From the human T2T-CHM13v2.0 reference genome, Homo sapiens, in NCBI RefSeq assembly GCF_009914755.1, contig NC_060932.1: DNA of 64,000 nt. The stretch is one strand, 5' to 3'. This document shows positions 32,141-49,283 of the stretch, one piece after another. Both the position numbers and the translations under genes were made by a program. How positions within the stretch are numbered: the stretch's first letter is position 1; every line of letters starts with the position of its first letter. The notes beneath the pieces were generated by a model. It was given only the letters and a program-made list of their open reading frames with translations. It ran no database searches and had not been told where the DNA came from.

Positions 32141-32176
32141 CGCAAGCGCGTCCAAGTGGGGAGGGGAGGGGAAGGG

Positions 32177-32185
32177 ACCGGAACT
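32177..32185 (+). promoter_or_regulatory. ETS/ELK1-type site
   Basis: ACCGGAACT with a CCGGAA core, about 40 nt upstream of the CHOP site. Confidence 0.6.
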
Positions 32186-32906
32186 AACCTTCGCCCTGGC
32201 GGCTGCGCCCCGGGCTGTGGTTTGTTTCTGGGTCCTGTCCGCGCCAGGACAGGCACCGAAACTTGGGGGAAATGAGTTGAGGGAGGCACTTGGGGAGTTG
32301 ACGCCTCCCGGGGTCGCGCGCTTGGCTGTGAACAGGGTCTTGAGGTTCAGAGTCCGCTTTCCAGGCGCGTCTTGATCTTCTCCCCTTCCCAGGGGCACCT
32401 GCCCCTTCTGTTCTCTCCTTCTCTCTTCTTTCCTTTTTTCTTTCGTTTTCTTTCGTTCTTTCGTCTTCTTTCCGTCCTTCCTGCTTTCTCTTTCCTTCCT
32501 TTCTCTCTTTCTCTTTCCTCCCTCCCTCCCCCTCCCCCTACCTCCCTTCCTTGTGGTTTATTTTTTGAGACAGTCTCTCTGTGGCTCAGATTGGTGAGCG
32601 GTGGTGTGATCCCGGCTCACTGCAACTTCCGTCTCCCAGGTTCAAGCGATACTCCCACCTCAGCCTCCCATGTAGCTGGGACTACAGGCCTGCACCACCA
32701 CGCCTGGCTAATTTTTGTATTTTTAGTAGACACAGGGGTTCACTATGTTGGCCAAAAGACCATCGAACCCAGCTTACACTCACACCTAGTCCACAAATGT
32801 GCCTGTGTCCCTGCACCCTTGCTACACTTAGCTTTCATTTGTCACTAGTCTAGGAAATAAAACATGATACATCACATTGTTATGTATTTTCATTCCTTCA
32901 TGGTAC

Positions 32907-34322
32907 TGTGTCCGGAATTGGTGGGTTCTTGGTCTCACTGCCTTCAAGAATGAAGCCTCGGACCCTCGCGGTGAGTGTTACAGTTCTTAAAGGCGGCGTG
33001 TCTGGAGTTTGTTCCTTCTGATGTTCGGATGTGTTCGGAGTTTCTTCCTTCTGGTGGGTTCGTGGTCTCACTGGCTCAGGAGTGAAGCTGCAGACCTTCC
33101 CAGTGAGTGTTACAGCTCTTAAGGCAGTGGGTCTGGAGTTGTTCTTTCCTCCCGGTGGGCTCGTGGTCTCGCTGGCTTCAAGAGTGAAGCTGCAGACCTT
33201 CAAGGTGAGTGTTACAGCTCATAAAGGCAGTGTGGACCCAAAGAGTGAGCAGTAGCAAGATTTATTGCAGAGGGAAAGAAGGAAGCTTCCACAGTGTTAC
33301 CACTGCTGGCTCTGGCAGCCTGCTTTTATTCTCTTATCTGGCCCCACCCACACCCTGCTGATTGGTAGAGCGGAGTGGTCTGTTTTGACAGGGCGCTGAT
33401 TGGTGGTTTACAATCCCTGAGCTAGACACAAATGTTCTCCACTTCCCCACCAGATTAGCTAGATACAGAGTGTGGACACAAAGGTTCTCCAAGGCCCCAC
33501 CAGACTAGCTAGATACAGAGTGTCAATTGGTGCATTCACAAACCCTGAGCTAGACACACGGTGCTGATTGGTGTGTTTACAAAACTTGAGCTAGATACAC
33601 AGTGCCAATTGGTGTATTTACAATCCCTTAGCTAAACATAAAGGTTCTCCACGTCCCCACCAGACTCAGGAGCCCAGGTGTCGTCACCCAGTGGATCCCG
33701 CACCGGGGTTGCAGGTGGAGCTGCCTGCCAGTCCCGCGCCGTGCTCCCGCGCCGTGCGCCCGCACTCCTCAGCCCTTGGGTGGTCGATGGGACTGGGCGC
33801 CCTGGAGCAGGGGGAGGTGCTCGTCGGGGAGGCTCCGGCTGCACAGGAGCCCACGGAGGGGGTGAGAGGCTCAGGCATGGCGGTCCCGAGCCCTGCCCGT
33901 CGGGAAGGCAGCTAAGGCCCGGCGAGAAATCAAGCGCAGCGCCAGTGGGCCGGCACTGCTGGGGGACCCAGTACACCCTCCGCAGCCGCTGGCCCGGGTG
34001 CTAAACCCCTCATTGCCCGGGGCCGGCAGGGCCGGCCGGCTGCTCCGAGTGCAGGGCCCGCCGAGCCCACGCCCACCCGGAACTCCAGCTGGCCCGCAAG
34101 TGCCGCGCGCGCAGCCCCGGTTCCCGCTCGCGCCTCTCCCTCCACACCTCCGTGCAAGCTGAGGGAGCGGGCTCCAGCCTTGGCCAGCCCAGAAAAGGGC
34201 TCCCACAGTGCAGCGGTGGGCTGAAGGGCTCCTCAAGTGCCGCCAAAGTGGGAGCCCAGGCAGAGGAGGCGCCGAGAGCGAGCGAGGGCTGTTGAGGACT
34301 GCCAGCAAGCTGTCACCTCTCA
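32907..34322 (-). mobile_element. LTR12 (ERV9, LTR12C-like) solo LTR, same orientation as TNFRSF10B
   Basis: Minus strand starts TGAGAGGTGACAGC and ends AATTCCGGACACA. 4-bp TSD GTAC (32903-32906, 34323-34326). CpG-rich U3, tandem CCAAT/GATA-bearing repeats at 33356-33660, and typical U5 repeats. Confidence 0.93.
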
Positions 34323-36325
34323 GTACTACGGATTTTCAAGAATACAGGAGTTTTTGGTACTGGGAGTAGATGACTGGGGGGATCCAGGCAAGACTACAGG
34401 GGAGGGCGGCAGAGAAGACTTAATTCCCAGCTGTGTACTTGGAAAACCGTGCTCAGCTGGGGCCAGTCCCTGCCAACCGCCATGCCTGTTAATGGAAATA
34501 AGGTCTCCATCCTCAGGCTGTCAGGGTGACTTCAGATGAGCCTGGAGCTGAGCTCAGTTCCGGACCCCAGGTCCTGGCTCTGTCAATGCCGGACTGGTCC
34601 AATCTCTATGCCAGGTCCTTCCAACCCCATCCCTCTCTTTATCAAAGTAGGAATCAAGAAGATCCGAAGGCTCAGGCTCTCAGGTTGTTAGAGAGTACTG
34701 AAATTGGAGGCTGTGGATGGCTGGGCCCTGCCGTGCTCCCGGTCCAGCTCTGACTCTGGTATGGCCCCAGCTCCTTCCTGTAAAATGAGGGGATAAAAAT
34801 CTTCAGCAGCCCTGTGTAAACTTCTGCAGGCTCTGTTAACAGGTCTAGGAGGACAAATTGCAGGGCTGGTGTCAGTCACTCTAGACTCTGGATCCCCAGG
34901 GCACATGTCCTCCACTCAGCAGAGGCTGCACCTTCTCCTACCTGTACCTCAGTACCAGCTCCCTGAGCTTGAGGCAGAAATTTCTGAAGACTGGGGTGGA
35001 GCGCCATGCGGAGGGGCCGTAGAGGAACAGACGAGCCAGAATTCAAATGAGGACGGTGATGGCACTGCAGGGCCACAGCCTGGTTTACCTGCCACTCTTC
35101 CAATTGTCTTTCTGTTGGGCACCCAGCCGGTGCCCCAGTTTGAAGAGTGAGCAGGAAAGGTCTCAATCCGTGTGGCCACAGATGGCTGTTCACAGCCTCT
35201 ACTGAGAGACCACAGTCCCAGTTCCGGTTCTCTGTCCTGCATCCAGAAGTGGCAGGGCAGCGAGGCTCTAGCTTCCAGGTTGGGGATGGGGACAGTGGAG
35301 ACAGTGCCATGCCCTGAGCCTGTGCTGTTGGGCAGCTGGTGTCCTGCTCCCAGCCAGAGACTGCACATCTTCATGTAGTGGATTTTCCTAACAACCTGGG
35401 GACATGAGAGTAGGTTGTTTTCCCTGTTTTACAAGTGGCAAAACTGAGATTCAGGAGCAGTGTCTCCAGCATTTTTGGCCTCACCTTCTGTATAATAGCA
35501 GCCATATTTGCACCTCTACAGGGCTAGAGTTCTCTGAGCAGCTGCTTCTCTATTCTCTGTCCTGCACTTGGCCTCTGGGAGCTCGTATGGTTCCTCAGCA
35601 GAGTCCACAGGGCCCTCCCTGTGCTACAGCCTGGAGCCTGTCAGGCGGTGAGCTGAAGCCACGACTGCACTCACCTCATGGGTTTGCGGGGAGAATGATT
35701 CACCCAGGAAGCAGACAGTGAGCCCTTTACTCTGGGAACACCTGTGCCTGGAGTCTGCTGAAGGCAGGGAGGACAAATGAACCCCATGTGAATCCTACTC
35801 CCTGGAGCCTACAGTGTGGTGGGAGAGGTGACACCAGGGGTCATATAACTAATAGGAGGTAGCATGAGGGAGGCCTGAGATCTCACCACCCTTGCCTCCC
35901 CCTCCTCCAGAGAGGCTGTGCTGGAGGGAGGCCATGCCATTGCAAGGCCATAGGATGTGGTATTGTTTGCCTGGAAGATGTGGTTTGATTACAGCCACCA
36001 TTGAGGGTCATGGAGGCAAGCTAAGCTCCCTTTAAGGGTATTTTTTTTTTGGCTGGGCCTGAGAATTAAGTTGACATAAGACAGGTCCACAGGAGAAAAG
36101 CACACAAATTAATACAATGCAAGTTTTACATGGCACAGAAAAAGCAGTGAGAGTCAGTTACTTATATACTGAATTAGACCAAGTAACTTGGGAAGAAGCA
36201 AGTAAATATGTGGAGGCTAAAAAGATGAGTTATTCTATTCTTTTTTTTTTAATATCTGCTCCTTTAAGGAATAAAAAAGACAAGCTTACCTTTTAAAATA
36301 TATTTTACATATGTATACAATCTAA

Positions 36326-36598
<273 letters not shown>

Positions 36599-37769
36599 TG
36601 ATCCACCTGCCTCGGCCTCCCAAAGTGCTGGGATTACAGGCGTGAGCCACCACGCCCGGCCTACTTTATTATTTTATTTTTACTTTAAGTTCTGAAATAC
36701 ATGCGCAGAATGTGCAAGTTCGTTACACAAGTATACTTTTGCCAGCGATGCACCTGCTGTTTTTTAATAGCCTTTAATTCATAATAGTCAATGGGCCAGG
36801 GTAGGCAGGGTGCAATGGCTCACACCTGTAGTCCTGCCAAGGCGGGCAGATCACTTGAGCCCAGGAGTTCAAGACCAGCCTGGGAAACATAGCAAAACCC
36901 ATCTCTACAAACAATAACAACAACAAAACCCACAGAAAATTAGCCTGGTGCAGTGGCCTGCACCTGTAGTCCCAGCTGTTTAGGAGGCTGATGTGGGAGG
37001 ATCACCTGAGCCTGGAAGGTTGAGGCTGTAGTGAGCCGTGTTCACACCACCGCACTCCAGCCTGGGAGACAGAGTGAGACCCCGTCTCAAAAAAAAAATT
37101 CTTTTAGTAATGATTATGCTATTCAGAGTGTGCGCTGAAATACAGCACTTCCCATAAGTCAGGCTCTATTCAGATCCCTTCATACAAATTCACACATTTA
37201 ATTCTGACAGCAACCTGACTGTGCCGGAACTATAATTAAGTTGGTTCTCTTACGTGAGACACAGATCAACTCAGTAACTTGCTGAAGGTCACACAGCTAT
37301 TCCTGGGGTGGGGGGCTGGGGGATGGGTGAGCCAACCTCAGGGGAGCAGCACCCACTGCCCAACTGGCTTCTGCTGCCTTTCCCAAGGGAGAATTTGCTG
37401 CTCACCTCATTCTGGGTCACTGCTGGGAGGCCTCTGAGAGCTCATTTAATGCCACTTCCTGTTTTCAGGAGAGAGAAACGTGAAGTTTAGAGAGGAAGGG
37501 AAGTGACTTCCCCGGACTCCTGCAGCTCTTTAGTGGCTGGCCCTGGTCTTGTACAGGGATAAAAAGAAACTCCACAAACCTCAGAAGTAGATCCCAGGCC
37601 ACAGACTGAGAGAACAAGTCTGAGTTGATGTCTGGTCTTCTGAGTGATTGCTCAGTTCAGGGTCAACTGGCAGCTTTAAGGGTGTGTGTGCCCTGCAGAG
37701 GAAAGAGGAGCCTGCTTGGCTTGAGGGAGGGTGAGGGCCACACTGGGCTTTGCAACCACCTACCTATTG

Positions 37770-41824
<4,055 letters not shown>

Positions 41825-42696
41825 TTATTTATTTTATTTTATTTTTAGTAGAGACGGGGTTTCACCGTGTTAGCCAGGATGGTCTCCATCTCCTCACCTC
41901 GTGATCTGCCCGCCTCAGCCTCCCAAAGTGCTGGGATTACAGGCATGAGCCACCACGCCTGGCCTGGTTCTCAGCCTGAATGTTATTGGTATATAGATAT
42001 GCTACCAATTTTTATACAATGATTTTGTATCCTGAAATTTTGCTGAAGTTGTTGTCAGTTCCAGTAGCCTTTTTGTGGAGTCTTTACGGTTTTCAAGGTA
42101 CAGAATTATATTGTCCATTAAGATATATCTTTGACTTCTTCATTTCATATCTGGATGCCTTTTATTTCTTTCTCTTGCCTGAGTGCTCTGGCTAGGACTT
42201 CTGGTACTATGTTGAATGGGAGTGGTGAGCATGAGCATCCTTGTCTTGTTCCAGTTCTCAAGGGAAATGCTTCCAACTTTTGCCCATTCAGTATGATGTT
42301 GGCTATGGATTTGTCATAGATGGCTCTTATTATTTTAAGGCATGTTCCAATGGGAACTTTCTAATGTGTTTTAATATCCAAGAGAGCAAACACCTCTTCC
42401 GTACTTTTTCAAAATTTATTATTTTACCCAGATAAAGCTTATAATTGTAAGATTTCTTCCATTCTCCCCTTCCAAAGAAAATCAGTGGCATTTTTATCAA
42501 TTTATCTTAAAACTAAAAATTAATCTAGAAATACTTAATATCTTATCAATATTCAGTATTTCCTTATCCATTTTGAAGTCAAGTATTTTATTATAACTGA
42601 GTTGTGATTTGTTTTCCTCTTCAGATAAATTTATTCCTATTTCTTTTCATGGCTGTTTGGTATTTTGTAATCGTTATAAGTTGCATAGCCTTGTAA

Positions 42697-43009
<313 letters not shown>

Positions 43010-43953
43010 TAGCAAGGATGGTCTCAATCTCCTGACCTCGTGATCCACCTGCTTCGGCCTCCCAAAGTGCTGGGATTACAGGCGTGAGCCACTGTGCCTG
43101 GTCGGCCCCATTCTTAGGGTTTTTAAGTGACATTGAATATAATGATTATTGTGTCTGCCCACTTCCAAGAATCTTGCCTCATTTTTGTTTTCCATCTTGT
43201 TGCACAGGCCAGAAATTTCAGAACCATGTTCAGCTGCGCTTAGGGAAGGCAGGTGTTTGGGTCCTGATTTGATTTCCGGGGAAGGCCTCTAACATGCCAC
43301 CTTTAGGAATGATGTTCACTTTTGGTTTCATATAGAAAGAAATTCACATCATCAAGAATGCAGCCTCCTATTCTAAAGGGGTTCCAAAAATTCAGAATTG
43401 GTGTTTAATTTCACCAAATGTCTTTTCAGCCTCCATAGAGACTGATGCTTTATTTCCTTATTTAGATTGTTGATATGGTACAGTATTGATGATCAAAGAA
43501 CTTTTGGAGTCTTGGAATAAATTCTTTTGTTAGATGTTTCCTGAGCGCTCTCATACATAGTCCTCTGTTGAGACTTCTGTTGGTAAAAATTCTGTAATGA
43601 AGTGATTCTCTCCTGTGAGGGTGGGTGGAAATTGATGAGATGGGGAAGAAAGGGACTTTCTGGGGTGTGGCAATGTTCTATGTCTTGATCATAGGATTAT
43701 TACACAGGTGTATACAGTAGTCAAAGTTGGGCAGAACACTTATGAAGTGAGCATTTACTCCCTGTCACTTTTGTTTCAATGAGTCACCAGCACACAGAGC
43801 CCAAGAGCTATGCAGGACCAGAGGTTTGTCTCCATCTCCACAGAGACCTGAGAGGGGAAGCTCTGTAGGTCTCTTGCTGGCTGGTGATCGGGGTCAGTAC
43901 TAGACTGCAGGATTCCTGACTCTGACCAGAGCATTCCCCACTGTGTGTTACAG

Positions 43954-44025
43954 GAACAGGCAAAAGCTGAAAGGGTCATGGGAGGAGGCTGCTGGTTCCA
44001 GTGAATGGCGCTGACCCCACTGAGA
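43954..44025 (+). pseudogene. TNFRSF10D-like pseudogene, penultimate exon
   Basis: ttacAG|GAACAGGCAAAAGCTGAA...GACCCCACTGAGA|GTAAGT. Reads EQAKAER, then after a 1-nt frameshift RRLLVPVNGADPTE, homologous to the pre-death-domain exon of the TRAIL receptors. Confidence 0.88.
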
Positions 44026-44216
44026 GTAAGTGTTTTGTGCCTGGAGATGTAGAAGGAATGGAGGCAATAGGGACGATGTCCTAACTGCTAGCCCCATAGC
44101 TGAGAGTGCTCTTCTGGAGCATTCCCTGCTGGAAGTAGGGGGTCCTATGCCGATCCTGTGCTGATGATCTTTGGAGCATGAAGACCCTAAATCCCTCTCT
44201 TTCCTCTTCTTCTCAG

Positions 44217-46590
44217 TCAACACCTTGCTGGAGGCCTCAAACACTGAAAGAAAGACATGCAAAGGAAATAATTCAGGACCAACTGGTGGGCTCCAAAAAT
44301 CTCTTCTATGAGGAAGGTGAATGCAGGCTCTGCTACGTCCTGCCTGTGAAAGAATCCCTTCAGGAAACCAGAGCTTCCCTCGTTTACCTTTTCTCCTACA
44401 AAGGGAAGCAGCCTGGAAGAAAGAGTCCAGTACTTGACCCATGCCTCAACAAACTCTGCTATCAATATGGTGCAGCTTACCAAAGGTCCTAGAACTTTGT
44501 CAACGCACTTGGAGTAATTTTTATGAAATATTGTGTGTGATAAGCAAACTGTGGAAATTTATATAAGATGTTGGTGGCATAGAGTTATACGATTGTGTAT
44601 TAAGGGTAGTTTTAGGATGTCATTTTTTTTTCAGTTCATCATGACAGAAGTCCTTTTCATGAGAGAAGTCACATGAGAAAAAACTTTCTTATATTGTAAG
44701 CTCCTTCTATAGTGGTATGTGCATTTAATGACATCCAACTAAAGATGGTGTAATACCACGGTGGTTTGACTTAGAGTTTTTTAACTTTATATCTGGTTTA
44801 TCTGGGTATTACATGCGTTTTAAATGTGGATCTTTTCAACTTACGATGAGATTATCAAGACATAGCCCCATGCTAAGTCATGAGCATGTGGACTTATAAT
44901 GGTTCAATTTAGATTTTTCGGCTTTAAGATAGGATTATTGGGGCTTACCCCCATCTTAAGTAGAGAAACATCTGTATTGTGTAATACTATATGATGTACA
45001 TTTTTCTGTTTTCCTATTTTCGTGCATGTTGATGTAAGCATGGAAAAATTTTAGGAAATGTATTTATTAGGCTGTTTACATGGGCTGCCTGGTGCAAATC
45101 AGCAGTCAAAAATGACTACATACACAACTAGCAATGGGAGGAGAAATCCTCCCTCTGTGGGAGGCACTGACTACATTCCAGTTCTCCCTCCTACGCCCAG
45201 AGACTGGACCAGGGTTTGATGACTGGCAACTTCTCAAGGGGCCGGTCTGTCTTAGTTGATGATTTTAGAGGTATATAGAGGTATTTATTTACAAATAAAC
45301 AAATATTTATTTATAAGTAGATGTTTACATATGCCCAGGATTTTGAAGAGCCTGGTATCTTTGGGAAGCCATGTGTCTGGTCTGTCCTGCTGGGACAGTC
45401 ATGGGACTGCATCTTCGTCCTTGTCCACAGCAGATGAGGACAGTGAGAATTAGGTTAGATCTGGGACTACAAATAGCTTCTCTTTCAAGTGCCATTACAG
45501 CTGAACATTAGTGAATCTTGGGCCTTCTTTGGGCTCAGGGCAGAGCAGGTGTTTATCTGCCCCGGCATCTGCTATGGCATCAAGAGGGAAGAGTGGACGG
45601 TGCCTGGGAATGGTGTGAAATGATTGCTGACTCAGGAGTGGATGGGCCCCTCTCGCTTCTGGTGGTCTGTGACCCTGAGCCCCTGAGCTGCATTTTACGG
45701 TAAAGATTCCTGAGCTGCAGCATCTGACTCATCTCAGAAATATCAATTCTTAAACACTGTGACAACAGGACCTAGAATGGCTGACACATTAAGGCTTTGT
45801 CCTTGTGTCACGCTCTATTATTTTATTTAAAAACTTCAGTAATCATTTTAGCCTCTTTCCAGCAAACTCTTCTCCATAGCAGTCCAGTAGTGGTAGGATA
45901 AATTATGGATGTAGTCGTTCAAGGGATTTTGGTCTTTTCCATCTCAAGCCATGTGTTTTGTCTTGTTCCGGGACTGGTTTGGCTGGGACAAAGTTAGAAT
46001 TGCCTGAAGATTTAGGCACATTCAGTGTTGTGTCCATGGAGTTTTAGGAGGGGGTAGCCTTTCTGGTCTTTGCACTTCCATCCTCTCCCACTTCCATCTG
46101 GCATCCCATGCGTTGTCCCCTGCACATCTGGAAGACACAAGGTGCTGCTGCCACCTGGTCTTTGCTTTTGCAGGGCCTTCTGTGCAGGACACTTGGCCTC
46201 AAAGCCCAGAGGGAGCCAGTCCAGCCCCAGCTCCCTTGTGCCTTCCGTAGAGGCCTTCCTTGAAGATGCATCTAGAGTGTCAGCCTTATCAGTGTTTGTT
46301 AAGCTTATTCTTTTAAAGTAAGCTTCCTGACAACATGAAATTGTTGGGGTTTTCTGGAGTTGTTTGGTTTGTATGGGATTTGCTTTATCCCCAAGCCAAA
46401 CAGCACATGACACACGACAGCCACTTAAGACAGTGTGTCACTCGTGGTTAGAGTCCTTTGATGTTTCTGCCCTATGGACCCTATTTGAAGACTATGTTGT
46501 AATATCAAACAATACAAGGAAGCACGTTATACAGAAAATGCTCATATGTTTATGAATTTTGACCAAAATAAATATGAAATCTTATATTAA
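44217..46590 (+). pseudogene. TNFRSF10D-like pseudogene, terminal exon (truncated death domain + 3'UTR)
   Basis: After a pyrimidine tract and AG it reads (I)NTLLEAS/TLKERHAKEIIQDQLVGSKNLFYEEGE/AGSATSCL* with two frameshifts, versus DcR2 ISTLLDASATLEEGHAKETIQDQLVGSEKLFYEEDEAGSATSCL. TGA at 44347-44349, then a ~2.2-kb TRAIL-receptor-type 3'UTR. Position fits the locus I recall as LOC286059/TNFRSF10B-AS1. Confidence 0.9.
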
Positions 46591-46610
46591 AAGAGGTGTG
46601 TTTTTTTTCC
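46567..46610 (+). terminator. Polyadenylation signal of the pseudogene exon
   Basis: AATAAA at 46567-46572 followed by a GT/T-rich downstream element at ~46596-46609. Confidence 0.75.
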
Positions 46611-48059
46611 CCCTGTTCCCCCTCCTCCTGTGAATCAGCTCTGAGTGACAGGAGGCCAGGCTGTGTTCCTGCTAGGACTCCTTCCTGCCTTCCTCCCCTC
46701 CCTGCCTTCAGGCTTGGCCTGCTGGGGGTGTTTCCTGCATCCGAGTCCCCGGAGTTTAAAGTGCTAGGTTCCTGGGGACTGGAATTCATACCTCCTTCCC
46801 CCCTCTCTCTTCTGCCTGCCCCTCCGTCTGGGGACAGGGACACCAGTGCTGGCCTGGCTTACCCACAGCCTCTCAGGAGGGTTCTCTGGGCAGCCGGGTT
46901 CCTGCATCCAGCTCTGATAGCTGTCGGGGAAGAGTCAGTGGGTCCCTGAGAGGTGGCCGGCCGTGGTCGCTGGGGGAGTCCCGTGGACACTTTCCTGCGG
47001 CTTCCTCCAGCCCTGGGCCGACCTTCACTTTCTCTGTCCCGGCCTTTCCTGCATCCCCATAAGTGTACCCAGGTTGCTCAGCCCTGCAGGCACCTGAGAG
47101 ACCCATATCCCGCTCCCCTTGCCCTGGAGAGCCCGCTCTCCCTCTCGCCCAGGCGTGCCCCCATGCTATCCACCTTCCCCAGAGCGGCGGTGGGGGTGCT
47201 CTGGGGCTTCCCCCTGCCCTGCCCATGGGTTTCTGGGCCTCACTTGGAGCCCTGGGCTGGGCTGGGCTGAGCTGCAGGGAGGCTGAGCAGCCTGTAGAGG
47301 GCAGCACACGCGCGGCTTCCCAGCCAGGCGCCCTGGAGGACATGGAGGGGAGGCAGCCACAGTCCTGGAGAGGCCTGGGCCTGAACAACATGGCTTCCCC
47401 CAGGGTGAGACTCGCTTGTCCTCCCACCGCCTGCTCTCTCCTGATGACCAGGTTCCAGGAGTTATCAAAGAACAGCCTCTGAGCTGCGTGGAGAAAGCCA
47501 TGGAGACAGCCAGGTGAGTTGGGAGTCAGTTCAGAAAGGGCAGAGGGTCCCACAACAGGCCCAGAACCCAGTGGGGGAACCTGGAGAGCCCCCTGCGTGG
47601 GCCAACTTACTGTTCCATCGCTCACCCACCTCGCGTCCACAGAGAGCCCTCCCACACTGCCTGGCCTCCCTGGCACCCAAGGCGCTGCCAGAAGTCAAGG
47701 TCACCAGATAATCTGTCCTCAGAGAGGGCTGAGAACCCACCCGGGGAGTATGGAGGAACCCTACAGAGGGAGAAAGCAAAATGGGTGAGAGTCCAAGGGA
47801 GGGAGGGAGAGAGAGTGGCTGCAGCGGGAGCTCAGAGGAGGGAGGAGGCTGCCTGGGCTGCACTTGTCATGGGAGCAGGTCCCAGGGCGGCCACTTCTGC
47901 ATCTGTGGAAAGCACAGGGCCTGGGGCAGGGGACCTCTGTTTACACCCAGTTCAGCCTCGTTCCCTGAGACTGGAACAGACGTAGGTGGGGGCAAACAGA
48001 CTCTGAGCAAGAAGCGAACCCGAAGACAGAGCAACCCTGCCCAGATCTGGGGCCTATGA

Positions 48060-48760
48060 GGGTATGAACCCAAAATACCTGAGACAGGTCTCAATCAAGT
48101 TAGAAAGTTTATTTTGCCAAGGTTAAGCAAGCGGCCATGACACAACCTTAAGCCATCCTGACGACATGTGCCCAAGGTGGTTGGCGTCAGCTTCCTTTTG
48201 TATATTTTAGGGTGACATGAGACATTCATCAATATGTGTAAGATGTACATTCACTTGGTCCAGAAGGGCGGGACAACTAGAAGTGGAGGCTTCCAGGTCA
48301 TAGGTAGATAAGAGACAAAAGGTTGCATTCTTTTGGGTCTTTGATCAGCCTTTCACTGAATACACAACATATATGTAAGAGGGTAGAGGTAGAGGAATAG
48401 TCACTTATGCCTTTAGCTCAGTGAATCTGCATTTTTGCATAAACAATGGGGCGGAGGAAGCAGTCAGATATGCAGTCTCAGGTGAGCAGAGGGATGACTT
48501 TCTGTCCCACACCTGTGAAGATCAGCTATCAATGTACATTGCCAGGGTGAAACTCAGCATAACTGTTTTAGGGTAAGGATCTTGAGGCCCAGAAAGAATT
48601 TCCTTGTGGGCAAATTGGGAGGGAGCTATGTAGCTTTTCTATCCTTGTAGCTATCTTATTTAGAAGTAAAGTGGGAGGCAGGTTTGCCTGACACAGTTCC
48701 CTGCTTGACTTTTCCCTTTGGCTTAGTGGTTTTGGAGTCCTGGTATTATTTTCTTTTTAG
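48060..48760 (-). mobile_element. MER4A-like LTR
   Basis: Minus strand has ccactaagccaaagggaaaagtcaagc..gggaactg, the MER4 5' motif. Confidence 0.7.
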
Positions 48761-49124
48761 AAGAGATTAAATGAGATGTGTGTGCAATGCACTGCACACC
48801 ACCTTCCTTAGAGACAGAGAGGGCCCGGAATTCGAGTCTGTGTTTTGCATAGCCTCATTTAAAGAACATGAAAAGAAACAGATGACATTCACTGATACTC
48901 ATTCATCCATTTCATCTGAGACCCTTCAGCTTTTAGGTGTCTGTGAAAGACAATGGAGAATCTCCTTAGTCAGAGTCGGGAGTCCTGGATTCCAACACTG
49001 ACCCTGAGAAGCAGCCAGCTGTGGGACCTGGCACAGGTCACCTCCCCTCCATGGAAATGAAGATAAACCTCCCATCCTGTAGAGTTCACTGATTCTCTGT
49101 CCCTGTTTGCTCACTGAGGCATAA

Positions 49125-49283
<159 letters not shown>

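Larger units (their letters stand above)
31100..32400. promoter_or_regulatory. CpG island / TATA-less promoter of TNFRSF10B
   Basis: High GC and CpG density around exon 1. GC boxes GGGGCGGGG (32053-32061) and GGGGCGGCGC (32007-32016). Confidence 0.9.

Noticed and set aside
30869-32275. 468-aa plus-strand ORF across the DR5 promoter
   Set aside because: It spans a GC-rich island and a purine microsatellite, both poor in stop codons. The product is low-complexity with no recognisable domain and is antisense to a real exon.
46873-47676. 267-aa minus-strand ORF and neighbouring GC-rich ORFs
   Set aside because: No recognisable homology, and the frames are not preserved in the duplicate at 55.7-56.1 kb.
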